Shown here: in pieces, positions 18,486 to 27,657 of the stretch
Layout: the number at the start of each line of letters is the position of its first letter
Position numbering within the stretch: the stretch's first letter is position 1
Assembly: GCA_964581035.1 (NCBI GenBank)
Contig: CAZOLO010000001.1
Coordinates: 7,190-71,189, forward strand
Source of the DNA: an uncultured Candidatus Saccharibacteria bacterium
Lineage (GTDB): Bacteria; Patescibacteriota; Minisyncoccia; Phycocordibacterales; CSBR16-119
Reading direction: 5' to 3'
Length of the DNA stretch: 64,000 nt
Notes under the pieces: model-generated
What the model saw: the letters and a program-made list of their open reading frames with translations, nothing else
Database searches by the model: none
Told to the model about the DNA's origin: nothing
Position numbers and translations under genes: made by a program

Positions 18486-18518
18486 AGGCCGATCCAATTG
18501 GATCGGCCTTTCGTTTTG
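18486..18518 (+). terminator. rho-independent terminator
   Basis: aaggccgatccaattggatcggcctt followed by a T-run. Confidence 0.6.
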
Positions 18519-18750
18519 CATTATATATAAACAGTCCATTATCGGGTTGTTTTTTTGCTTTATAAGCCGAGTTCTTCCAAAAGACCTCTCCAGGTTCCGC
18601 CAAGTAGGGTAACTATTAAAAATGACGGCAGGTATATTGCTGATAGGAAAAGCAGGAGTATAGCCTTTAGAAATACAGTTATCATATAAGCTATTTGTAC
18701 CAGGAAATATGGAGTAAAACAACTTATATTCTTCATGCTACAATTGTGGT

Positions 18751-19755
18751 ATGGATACAAATAAATTACAACAAACAATAGAAGCCATGATGGCTCCCGG
18801 AAAAGGTATTTTGGCCATTGATGAAAGCACTGGAACAGCCAACAAAAAAAGGCTTGAGCCACTTGGAATAGAGGGGACTGAAGAAAACAGGAGAAGATTT
18901 AGAGAGCTTTTTCTAACAGTAGAGGGGGTTGAGAATCATCTGTCAGGGACAATTCTGTATGATGAGACCATGAGGCAGTCAGATACAGAAGGGAGAAGCT
19001 TTTTGGATATTTTGAAGGAAAAAGGAATTGCAATTGGTATAAAGGTGGATTCTGGAGCTAAAGACAGGGAAGAATTTCCTGGAGAGCAGATTACGTCTGG
19101 ATTGGGTGATTTGTCAGAGCGGCTAGATGAGTATGTCTCTATGGGTGCTGTTTTCTGTAAATGGAGAGCTGTTGTAAAAATAGATGAAGAAGCCGGTCTT
19201 CCAACTGATGGATCGATAAGAGAAAATTCAAAAATCCTGGCTCGCTATGCAGAGATGTGTCAGCAGAAAGGGTTGGTTCCCATGGTAGAGCCTGAGGTTC
19301 TTCTTCAGGGGAAACATTCAATAGATAAATCAGCTGAAGCCCTGACTCAAACGTTGGGCATTCTTTTTGAAGAATTAAACGCTCGTGGCGTGTATTTACC
19401 TGGTGTTGTTCTTAAGACAAGTATGGTTGTGCCTGGAAGCGAATCAGGAGAAGAGATGATAGATAAAGAGGTGGCAGAAAAAACAGTTGATGTATTACTG
19501 GCAAATGCCCCTCATGACTTAGGTGGGGTAGTATTCTTGTCTGGTGGGCAGTCCCATGTGCAAGCTACAAAGAACCTGAATGAAATAGCAAAGAGAGAAC
19601 CTCTTCCATGGCCCATAGCTTTTTCATACGCAAGAGCAATTCAAGGTCCTGTTTTAGAAGTATGGCAAGGAAAAGATGAGAATAAAGATGCTGCAATAGT
19701 AAAATACATGGAGGTCTTGAAGGAAGAATCATTAGCAGATCAAGGGTTGTTATAA
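18751..19755 (+). CDS. fba: fructose-bisphosphate aldolase, class I (eukaryote-type)
   Basis: GKGILAIDESTG...EENRRRFRELFLT closely parallels animal aldolase A; Schiff-base Lys region VVLKTSMV. Confidence 0.85.
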   Translation: MDTNKLQQTIEAMMAPGKGILAIDESTGTANKKRLEPLGIEGTEENRRRFRELFLTVEGVENHLSGTILYDETMRQSDTEGRSFLDILKEKGIAIGIKVDSGAKDREEFPGEQITSGLGDLSERLDEYVSMGAVFCKWRAVVKIDEEAGLPTDGSIRENSKILARYAEMCQQKGLVPMVEPEVLLQGKHSIDKSAEALTQTLGILFEELNARGVYLPGVVLKTSMVVPGSESGEEMIDKEVAEKTVDVLLANAPHDLGGVVFLSGGQSHVQATKNLNEIAKREPLPWPIAFSYARAIQGPVLEVWQGKDENKDAAIVKYMEVLKEESLADQGLL

Positions 19756-19759
19756 AAAC

Positions 19760-20227
19760 ATGAAAAAAATATTCATAGTATCAATAATCGGAGGGATAGC
19801 TTTAAATCTTGCGGGATTTTTAACATTCGGACTTCTTGGTACAGGAATGGACTTCAATGGAATACTGACTGGTCCAGGGATGCAAAATCAAAAAATTGTA
19901 GCTGTTTGGCATCATATAGAGCCACTTCCACTTTCTATGACAGACCCAATGATTATTGGAGCTGGATACTTTGTTTTAGCTTTTGTCTTCACTCTTATAT
20001 ACGTACTTTATATAGCAGGTAAATTTAGTCAGAAAAGAAGAGTTTTAAGACTATTTTATCTAATACTTATCCCGTTTTTCTTTTGGGAATTCAATACACC
20101 TATAAACTTGATGGGGGAGCCATGGCTTCTTGTTCTTATAGATATAGCATTTTGGAGTATTATGGCATTTGCTGGTGCTTTGGGAATTATATTGTCTTAT
20201 GATCGTTTAAAAAGCGTCATTAAGTAA
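19760..20227 (+). CDS. hypothetical membrane protein
   Basis: Four hydrophobic segments. Confidence 0.45.
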   Translation: MKKIFIVSIIGGIALNLAGFLTFGLLGTGMDFNGILTGPGMQNQKIVAVWHHIEPLPLSMTDPMIIGAGYFVLAFVFTLIYVLYIAGKFSQKRRVLRLFYLILIPFFFWEFNTPINLMGEPWLLVLIDIAFWSIMAFAGALGIILSYDRLKSVIK

Positions 20228-20277
20228 ATTTGTTATAATAGAAAACACTTACTAATAAGTTAATTTATTTACATACT

Positions 20278-20859
20278 ATGGATGATTTTTACGCAGAAAC
20301 TATTATAGGAAGCAAAATTGAAGAAGCTTCTTTTGAGATTTATCACGACGGAAAGATTAAAGATGTCTCTATTGAAGATTATAGAGGTAAATGGCTGATA
20401 CTATTTTTCTATCCAGCGAATTTTACTTTTGTTTGTCCTACAGAGCTTGAAGAGCTTGCTGGGCTATATGATGAATTCAAAAAGGAAGGCGCTGAAGTAA
20501 TATCTTTTTCTACTGACACCGCTTTTGCTCATAAGGCTTGGAAGGACAGCTCTCCTGCAATTGGAAAAGTAAAATTCCCGATGGGCTCTGATCCAACAGG
20601 GGAGATGGCAAAAATGCTTGGGGTATATTTGTACGATGAAGGGTTAGCTCTCAGAGGGACATTTATCTTAAATCCAGAAGGGGAAATAAAATCTATGGAA
20701 GTAAATGATAATTCAATTGGACGATCAGCAAAAGAGCTTCTTAGAAAGCTTCGAGCTGCGAAATTCGTCGCAGAGAACGATGGTTTGGTTTGCCCAGCAA
20801 GTTGGGAACCAGGAAATGATACACTGAAGCCAGGTGAAGACTTAATCGGTAAAATATAA
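20278..20859 (+). CDS. 2-Cys peroxiredoxin (AhpC/Prx1 family)
   Basis: FFYPANFTFVCPTELEE peroxidatic Cys and VCPASWEPG resolving Cys. Confidence 0.85.
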   Translation: MDDFYAETIIGSKIEEASFEIYHDGKIKDVSIEDYRGKWLILFFYPANFTFVCPTELEELAGLYDEFKKEGAEVISFSTDTAFAHKAWKDSSPAIGKVKFPMGSDPTGEMAKMLGVYLYDEGLALRGTFILNPEGEIKSMEVNDNSIGRSAKELLRKLRAAKFVAENDGLVCPASWEPGNDTLKPGEDLIGKI

Positions 20860-20864
20860 TTTAT

Positions 20865-21545
20865 ATGACAACAGAGCAAAAACAAGCAGGTATATCTACA
20901 GGAACAGCAATTATTATTGCAGGGATCTTAATTGCAGGGGCTATATTTTTCGTAATGGGGGATAATGGCTCAGGTAATGTTGCAAGCAACCCAGGTCAAG
21001 GAGGTTCAATAATGACAAATGTTACTGAGGATGACCATATTTATGGTGACCCTAAAGCACCTATAACTATCATTGAATATTCTGATTATGAGTGTCCATT
21101 TTGTTCTAGATTCCATCCTACAGTGGAGGATATAGTAAAAACAAACCCAGATGTTAAATGGGTGTATCGACACTTCCCATTGGGGAATCATAGAAATGCT
21201 AGGCCAGCTGCTCTAGCTGCTGAATGTGTTGCTGAGCTTGGTGGAAATGATATGTTCTGGGAATTTAGCTCATATTTATTTGCTAACCAGACTAGTCTGG
21301 GTGATGAATTATATTTGAATTTTGTTAACGAAAAAGGTATAGATGAGCAATCGTATATTTCATGTTACGAAAGTGAAAAGTACGCAGCAAAAATTGATGA
21401 TGATCAATTAGAAGGTCAACTTTCAGGTGCGTCAGGAACTCCATTTTCTGTTGTTGTTTCAAAGGGTGGTCAAGCTACACCATTTTCTGGTGCTCTGCCA
21501 ATAGACACAGTTCAGACATTGGTAAATAAAGTTAGGGGGAACTAG
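20865..21545 (+). CDS. DsbA-like thiol:disulfide oxidoreductase
   Basis: CPFC active site in a thioredoxin fold; N-terminal TM anchor. Confidence 0.7.
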   Translation: MTTEQKQAGISTGTAIIIAGILIAGAIFFVMGDNGSGNVASNPGQGGSIMTNVTEDDHIYGDPKAPITIIEYSDYECPFCSRFHPTVEDIVKTNPDVKWVYRHFPLGNHRNARPAALAAECVAELGGNDMFWEFSSYLFANQTSLGDELYLNFVNEKGIDEQSYISCYESEKYAAKIDDDQLEGQLSGASGTPFSVVVSKGGQATPFSGALPIDTVQTLVNKVRGN

Positions 21546-21547
21546 TT

Positions 21548-22306
21548 ATGATTGAGGTAACCATAGGATTAGCAGTCTCAGCTTTTATAGCTGGGCTGTT
21601 TATGTTTCTTGCCCCATGTACGCTACCTCTTGTTCCAGCCTATCTTGGGTTTATTTCTGGAGTTTCTGCAAAGGACTTAGAAGAGAATAGAGAAGGTTCA
21701 AACAAAAAGATCTTTTGGAATGGATTTTTCTTTATACTAGGATTTTCAGTTGTCTTTATTTTATTTGGAGTTATTGCCGGGTTTGCTGGTAGGCAACTAG
21801 TTCAATATCAGGATATCCTAGTTAAGATTGGGGGAGTAATGGTTATATTTTTTGGACTCTTCATTCTTGGTGTTTTTAATTTACCTTTCCTTCAGGCTGA
21901 GAAAAAATTATCTTTGCCTAAGTTTATAAAACCTGGAAACCCAGCATCTTCCTTTATTGTGGGGGCGGCATTCTCAATAGGGTGGTCACCATGTGTTGGT
22001 CCAATCTTAGGGTCCATTCTTCTCTTGGCTGGGACTCAAGGTACTGTTCTGTCTGGGGCTATTCTTCTCGCCATATTCTCGCTAGGTATGGGTCTTCCAT
22101 TTCTTTTGGTGGCTCTTGGTGTGTCAAAAGCTACAAAATATATTCAAAAAATAGAACCCGTAATGAAATGGGTGACAATAGTTGGCGGGGTATTCTTAAT
22201 ATTTCTTGGTGTATTACTCCTTACAAATAATTTAAGTCTACTTCTCGAGTGGGGTTACGGCATTGTGGGGGATGGATTCTACAATAAATTTCTTAATTTT
22301 TTGTAG
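21548..22306 (+). CDS. ccdA: cytochrome c-type biogenesis / thiol-disulfide transporter CcdA (DsbD TM domain)
   Basis: Two conserved Cys in TM helices (APCTLPLVP, SPCVGPIL). Confidence 0.75.
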   Translation: MIEVTIGLAVSAFIAGLFMFLAPCTLPLVPAYLGFISGVSAKDLEENREGSNKKIFWNGFFFILGFSVVFILFGVIAGFAGRQLVQYQDILVKIGGVMVIFFGLFILGVFNLPFLQAEKKLSLPKFIKPGNPASSFIVGAAFSIGWSPCVGPILGSILLLAGTQGTVLSGAILLAIFSLGMGLPFLLVALGVSKATKYIQKIEPVMKWVTIVGGVFLIFLGVLLLTNNLSLLLEWGYGIVGDGFYNKFLNFL

Positions 22307-22325
22307 TTTTCCTCTGTAATATAAA

Positions 22326-22350
22326 AAAGCCACCAAAATGAGGTGGCTTT
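22326..22350. terminator. bidirectional terminator hairpin
   Basis: gccaccaaaatgaggtggc between convergent genes. Confidence 0.5.
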
Positions 22351-22368
22351 CTAATTAACAAAGAGGCT

Positions 22369-23151
22369 CTAAAAACCAAATAATGTTATATACAATAGAA
22401 CAAATAACGATGTGACGCTGTACAATACCGAAATAGAAGAGTAGAATCTAGTTTTTCTCTTACCTTTGATTTTTTTTAGTATTTTGCCACAAACAAGTTG
22501 TCCACCATCAAGCTGCTTTATTGGCATAGCATTGAAAAAACCAAGCACTATACTTGAGTAAGCTGAGAATGTAAAAAATGATTCCCATGTAAGTGGCGCA
22601 TTTGTCATTTTGTCTAGCATCAATTTACAAATATTTGAACCTTCAAAAGGATCGAATATAAATATCATTAAACCAGAGAAAAGAATAGTCGTGCCAATTA
22701 AAACATAAACACTAGACATTAATGGTTTTTTAGAAAAAATACCAAGAAAGAATGATGTAAGCATAGCCGACACAGTAAGTACATCGATGTTCCCATGGCT
22801 AATGTATCCAGTCAGGATCCCCAAAAAAAGCAGCAAGCTTCCTAAGAGAAGATTCATAGCTATACCATTTGCTGAAACATACTCACAAGCTGAAGGGTTC
22901 TTCGATGTTAGTCGTAGATAGCTAATGTTTGACGGCCTTACAAAAGCGGCCAAAGGCAATAGTCGTATGTTTAGAGGTGTGTCACCAAAAACTTTGGTTA
23001 GTTTAAAAGAAAAAATTATCTTCCCAATACCAAGCAGGGTAATTTCCTTTATGTCTACACCAGACTTTTTAAGTGCGATAGCGTGACCGAGCTCATGAAG
23101 TGGAACAGAAAATAGGATGGTTACAAGTAATGTAAGGAACAAGAGTGTCAT
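22369..23151 (-). CDS. site-2-protease-like M50 family membrane metalloprotease
   Basis: HELGH zinc motif in the first TM region; polytopic; no PDZ domain. Confidence 0.6.
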   Translation of the reverse strand: MTLLFLTLLVTILFSVPLHELGHAIALKKSGVDIKEITLLGIGKIIFSFKLTKVFGDTPLNIRLLPLAAFVRPSNISYLRLTSKNPSACEYVSANGIAMNLLLGSLLLFLGILTGYISHGNIDVLTVSAMLTSFFLGIFSKKPLMSSVYVLIGTTILFSGLMIFIFDPFEGSNICKLMLDKMTNAPLTWESFFTFSAYSSIVLGFFNAMPIKQLDGGQLVCGKILKKIKGKRKTRFYSSISVLYSVTSLFVLLYITLFGF

Positions 23152-23287
23152 GATTTAATATTTTAAAGTTTGATTTATATTAACATAATAATTATAGATT
23201 GTCAATGATATAATATAAAACTCATAATCTGTAATATTAAGAGTTTTGTATATAATAATAGTTTTTTAAAATTGGTTTAAAAGTCTA

Positions 23288-23315
23288 TTGACAATAAAGC
23301 CCATTCTGATACAAT
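23288..23315 (+). promoter_or_regulatory. strong sigma70-like promoter TTGACA-N16-TACAAT
   Basis: Consensus -35 with near-consensus -10; ~50 nt upstream of the ORF at 23367. Confidence 0.55.
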
Positions 23316-23366
23316 CTTTCGCATTGTTCTTGTTTTTCAAGGACCGTGGTACACCCCCCGTGAACG

Positions 23367-24347
23367 GTGTTAGTACATTTTATAAACGCAAAAAACAAAA
23401 GCGTGAAAAAAACATTTTTAGTAGTAGTTGGTACAAACAAGGCGATAGCCCCAGGTATCATAATGGCAATTACCGGCATTCTGGCCGCTAATGGTGAAAA
23501 CAAGTGTATCGTTTTCGATTCAATTGATCGAACAAACACGGTTCCAGATTTAGGAAAATCACATGAGTATGTGACAATCGATCTGCCTACAGCGCTGACG
23601 AATGAGGATATAACATTTAAGGATTTGGTTCCTTATGTGTGGACTAATTACATGAGTCGAACTCAGACATCTGGTTTGGTCGAGATGATCTTAAACCAGA
23701 CTCAGAGGGTTATGGACATTCTCCCGATTGGCTGGACAGAAGAATCTTTCAAGAAGACAGCTGAATTGCTACCTTGGTTGAAGGATGTATCGATTGACTT
23801 TGTTACATTTGTTGATGGAGTACTTTTCACTGAAAAGGCTCAGATTAACACAACAAAAGCAGTTGTTTCTGCTAAGGTTAAGTTCGAGATGACTCGGACA
23901 GAATCGTTTGGTGGAAGCTTTGCTCACGTAGGAGAGGGGGAAGTTCCTTTCTCTGCGATTGTCTCGCCTTACGATAAGGCTAAGACTCCATGGGTTCTGA
24001 TTGTGGGTAATCAAAAGTGTAACAGCCTTTCTACGACTCTTTCGTCAATTAAGAATGTTTTCTCTGGAAATAAAAAGACAGAGAATCTTTTCTTAGCCAA
24101 GGTTGGCCAAAACCAATATCAGCTGGTGTCGGTTATGCCGGCCAAGGTGAACAAAAAAATGGAGGTTGAGGTTCCTTCCGTGATTGGTTTCATTACCGAT
24201 CGAACTGATAAGCAGTTAGTTCCTTACGAAATGTCTGGAAACACTGTTGTCTTCAAGGGGGATCTTGGTGCCATTCTTGGTAACATCACCAATTTGTTGA
24301 ATCAGTTTACCACGGTGACTGAGAAGAGCGGAGCTACTACCGCTTAA
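23367..24347 (+). CDS. hypothetical protein (326 aa), likely highly expressed
   Basis: No recognisable motif; flanked by a strong promoter and a strong terminator. Confidence 0.45.
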   Translation: MLVHFINAKNKSVKKTFLVVVGTNKAIAPGIIMAITGILAANGENKCIVFDSIDRTNTVPDLGKSHEYVTIDLPTALTNEDITFKDLVPYVWTNYMSRTQTSGLVEMILNQTQRVMDILPIGWTEESFKKTAELLPWLKDVSIDFVTFVDGVLFTEKAQINTTKAVVSAKVKFEMTRTESFGGSFAHVGEGEVPFSAIVSPYDKAKTPWVLIVGNQKCNSLSTTLSSIKNVFSGNKKTENLFLAKVGQNQYQLVSVMPAKVNKKMEVEVPSVIGFITDRTDKQLVPYEMSGNTVVFKGDLGAILGNITNLLNQFTTVTEKSGATTA

Positions 24348-24366
24348 CAAACGCTGAGTTTATTTT

Positions 24367-24399
24367 GAGCCCGTCTGCAATTTGCAGACGGGCTTTTTC
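24367..24399 (+). terminator. rho-independent terminator
   Basis: gagcccgtctgcaatttgcagacgggc + TTTTT. Confidence 0.65.
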
Positions 24400-24816
24400 T
24401 TTGGGTCATATAAAAAAGGCCATCCGATTGGATGACCTTCGTTTCTCTATATATTTTGGGCCGGAGCCATACTAAGTGTGTGGGCGCTCTTTGTCCATTC
24501 TTGCCCAGTTACCCTTGAGTAGCGAGGGTCTCTTTTCAAAATAAGATTTCTGAGGAATCCTATTTTTGATAAGTATGACCGAGGCCTCTATCGGGTTCAA
24601 TATGCCAGATTGAGTATTTAGACTATGATCTGGGTAATTTTGAATAAAAGATTTTTCTGAGCTGCTATATGTTGAGCCCATAATTAATGTAAAGATAATT
24701 ACATTTATGATCTCCATATGGCTATGTTCGATTTCGTTACAGACTAACGCAGCTGCCACTTATTGTCAAATACAGTCTATGTTTTAGATGGTTTGGTTGT
24801 CTGCTATAATAGTCTT

Positions 24817-25638
24817 ATGCTTATTACCAAATCAACAGGAGGTGAAGAGAAATTTAGCAAGGATAAGCTTTGCAATTCTTTTGTTGCTGCTGGAGCCCCA
24901 ATAGATCTTGCAAAAAATGTTTGCAATCTTGTCCAGAAGGACATTAAGCCATCTTTAAACACAAATCGTATTTATAGAATGGCGCTATCTCATTTAATGA
25001 AAGAAGATATAGATATTGCCGTGAGATACTCTCTTCGTAGAGGGCTAGAGAGACTTGGACCTGCTGGATTTCTCTTTGAGCAATACATAGAAGCTTTGTT
25101 TCAGGCTCATGGATACAAAACAAAAAGAAACCAAATAGTTCAAGGGGCTTGCGTGGATCATGAAATAGACGTAATGCTTGAAACAAAAAACAAAACCATT
25201 TTGATAGAAGTTAAATATAGAAATGAATCAAAAATAAAAACCCACCTAGATGTTGTAATGTATGCTGACGCAAGAAGGATGGATATCCAAGAGTATCAAA
25301 AGAAGCAGGGTAAACAATATGACATGTGGCTTATAACCAACACTCAATTTACTGACAAGTCTATCCAATACGGATCCTGTAAAAACCAAATGAAGTTAAT
25401 AGGTTGGGATTACCCAAATGGTAGGAGTTTAGAGGATATGATTATTGAGAAAAAAGTTTTCCCTGTTACGGTTCTGCCTTATATTACAAATCATCTATTG
25501 GATCAGTTTGCTCAAGCAGAGATAATTTTAATCAGTGATCTTATTCCATATTCTGAGAATGATTTAATCAAAAAATTTGGGATGACAGATAGTCGGGCTA
25601 AGTCTATAATGAAACGTGTTAAGGAGATTACCAATTAA
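24817..25638 (+). CDS. ATP-cone domain fused to a restriction-endonuclease-like (Mrr/PD-(D/E)xK) domain
   Basis: ITKSTGGEEKFSKDKL resembles an ATP-cone N-terminus; C-terminal GYKTKRN..DHEIDVMLE..ILIEVKYRN resembles Mrr_cat; start moved to ATG 24817, downstream of an extended -10 TGcTATAAT (24790-24798). Confidence 0.45.
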   Translation: MLITKSTGGEEKFSKDKLCNSFVAAGAPIDLAKNVCNLVQKDIKPSLNTNRIYRMALSHLMKEDIDIAVRYSLRRGLERLGPAGFLFEQYIEALFQAHGYKTKRNQIVQGACVDHEIDVMLETKNKTILIEVKYRNESKIKTHLDVVMYADARRMDIQEYQKKQGKQYDMWLITNTQFTDKSIQYGSCKNQMKLIGWDYPNGRSLEDMIIEKKVFPVTVLPYITNHLLDQFAQAEIILISDLIPYSENDLIKKFGMTDSRAKSIMKRVKEITN

Positions 25639-25656
25639 TAGTTTAAATATATAAAT

Positions 25657-26142
25657 ATGAAAAAAACAGGTGTTATAATATCATTTTTAATAGTAATAGG
25701 TCTTGTGGTTATGGCTGTATTCTCACCAGCAAAAGATAATGTTGGGGTAGATAGCAATAATGCAGAAGATAATATAAATACAATGGATCAAGAAAATACA
25801 AATACAGCAAATGAGGAAAGCGGGCTTATAGTTGAGGTTTTACAAGAAGGGAATGGTCAAGAGGCTAAAAATGGAGACGTTGTTTCTGTTCATTACACTG
25901 GAACACTTTTAGATGGAACAAAATTTGATTCATCAGTAGACAGAGGGACACCTTTTGATTTCAATCTAGGTGCTGGTCAAGTGATTGCTGGTTGGGATCA
26001 AGGAGTTCTAGGGATGAAAATTGGAGAAAAAAGAAAATTGATAATCCCAGCTGATCTTGCTTATGGTGACAGAGGTGCCGGAGGGCTAATTCCACCAGGG
26101 GCTACACTTGTCTTCGAAGTTGAGCTTTTGGCCATTAAATAA
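25657..26142 (+). CDS. FKBP-type peptidyl-prolyl cis-trans isomerase
   Basis: [16 protein letters not shown]...[27 protein letters not shown]; N-terminal signal/anchor. Confidence 0.8.
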   Translation: MKKTGVIISFLIVIGLVVMAVFSPAKDNVGVDSNNAEDNINTMDQENTNTANEESGLIVEVLQEGNGQEAKNGDVVSVHYTGTLLDGTKFDSSVDRGTPFDFNLGAGQVIAGWDQGVLGMKIGEKRKLIIPADLAYGDRGAGGLIPPGATLVFEVELLAIK

Positions 26143-26144
26143 TT

Positions 26145-27650
26145 ATGTTTCAAAAATCTTGGGATTTTATTAAAAGAAAAAAATGGTGGGTTATTGTCAC
26201 TGTTGTGATTTTGATAGTTGTTTTATTGGCAAGCGGGAAAAAGAAAGAAGAGTATCTATTTGAAACTGTTGCTATTGGGGATGTTGAGGAGACAATTCTA
26301 GCAACAGGACAGGTTGTTTCAGATACTGATTTGACTCTGTCTTTTTCTCAAAGCGGAATAGTTAGTTCAATACCCGTAAAGTTGGGTCAAAAAATCTACA
26401 AAGGCCAAATCCTTGCATCTCTTCAAAACAGATCAGCCTTAGCTAATCTTACTCAAGCAGAAGCCGCGCGGGACAGGGCAGAGGCTGCATATCAGCAGCT
26501 TTTAGATGGATCAACTAGTGAAGCCATAGAAGTTGCCAGAGTTGCTGTTAGAAATGCAGAAATAGACTATGCACAATCAAAGATACAGCAAGATAGACTA
26601 GTTGAAAACTACAAAAGGACACTTCTTTCTGGAGGACTTGAGGCTGTTCCAGAGGGCTCTAGCTCAGAAACAGCTCCAACTATATCTGGTACCTACAACG
26701 GTGAAGAAGAAGGTGTATATCGAATTAGGATGTATTCTTCAGGGTCTGGTAATAGATTTTCAATCAATGGTTTAGAGGTGGGTGATGGGTCTGTTGACAC
26801 TTCAAAACCTGTGGCGATTGGTACCAAAGGTTTGTTTATTCAGTTTTCATCAAGTAATGCATTAAACACAACCTGGGTTGTTGAAATACCAAACAAAAAA
26901 AGTTCTTCATATGTAACAAACCTAAATGCATATGAAGCAGCCCTTGAAACTAGAGATATTTCCCTAACTGTGAAGCAGTCAGTCATAGACACAGCTCGGG
27001 CAAATTTAAACAATTTGCTGGCAGATGCTACAAACTCTGAAGTTCTTCTAGCTAAATCTGACATTTTGTCTGCTCAAGGTAGAGTAGATGCTGCTTTGGC
27101 TGCAGTAGAAGACACCAGAATTAGGGCTCCTAAATCAGGTACGATTACAAGAATAGACGCAAACCCAGGAGAACTTATACAAGCTTATTCAAATGCTATT
27201 GTTCTTCAGGATGTAGATCAGCTATTGCTTGAGGCAAATATAAACGAAGCAAATATAAATAAGGTAAAACCAGGGATGCCTGTTGAGATTACATTTGACG
27301 CACTTTCTTTTGACGAGGTGTTTATGGCAGAGGTTACAAGCATAGACATTTCTTCGACTTTGGTTTCAGGTGTTGTAAATTACCGAATCAAGGCATCTTT
27401 AGTTGATGATCTGCCAAATCTTAGACCTGGTATGACAGCCAACATGACTCTTATTGTTGATAAGAAAGAAGGGGTGTTAAGTATTCCTGGAAGAGCTGTG
27501 ATAGAGAAAGACGATAAAACATATGTTTTAAAGAAAAATGGTAATGACGTAGAGGAGATAGAAATATCTGTCGGATTTAAAGGGGGTGGATCACTATTTG
27601 AAGTTATAGAAGGTTTGGCTGTTGAAGATGAAATTGTAATAAACCCTTAA
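26145..27650 (+). CDS. HlyD/MacA-family periplasmic adaptor subunit
   Basis: N-terminal TM, coiled-coil, C-terminal beta-barrel motif RIRAPKSGTITRIDANPGE; precedes the ABC genes. Confidence 0.6.
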   Translation: MFQKSWDFIKRKKWWVIVTVVILIVVLLASGKKKEEYLFETVAIGDVEETILATGQVVSDTDLTLSFSQSGIVSSIPVKLGQKIYKGQILASLQNRSALANLTQAEAARDRAEAAYQQLLDGSTSEAIEVARVAVRNAEIDYAQSKIQQDRLVENYKRTLLSGGLEAVPEGSSSETAPTISGTYNGEEEGVYRIRMYSSGSGNRFSINGLEVGDGSVDTSKPVAIGTKGLFIQFSSSNALNTTWVVEIPNKKSSSYVTNLNAYEAALETRDISLTVKQSVIDTARANLNNLLADATNSEVLLAKSDILSAQGRVDAALAAVEDTRIRAPKSGTITRIDANPGELIQAYSNAIVLQDVDQLLLEANINEANINKVKPGMPVEITFDALSFDEVFMAEVTSIDISSTLVSGVVNYRIKASLVDDLPNLRPGMTANMTLIVDKKEGVLSIPGRAVIEKDDKTYVLKKNGNDVEEIEISVGFKGGGSLFEVIEGLAVEDEIVINP

Positions 27651-27657
27651 CTAAATT

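Noticed and set aside
18435-18862. Two overlapping minus-strand ORFs (95 aa and 100 aa) spanning the terminator and the fba start
   Set aside because: They overlap a strong terminator hairpin and the 5' end of fba, and the translations are low-complexity. Only a short internal frame (18560..18736) is retained, as a low-confidence finding.
21982-22230. 82-aa plus-strand ORF in an alternative frame inside ccdA
   Set aside because: Out-of-frame overlap with a conserved membrane protein gene; Trp/Ser/Arg-rich translation typical of a frame artefact.
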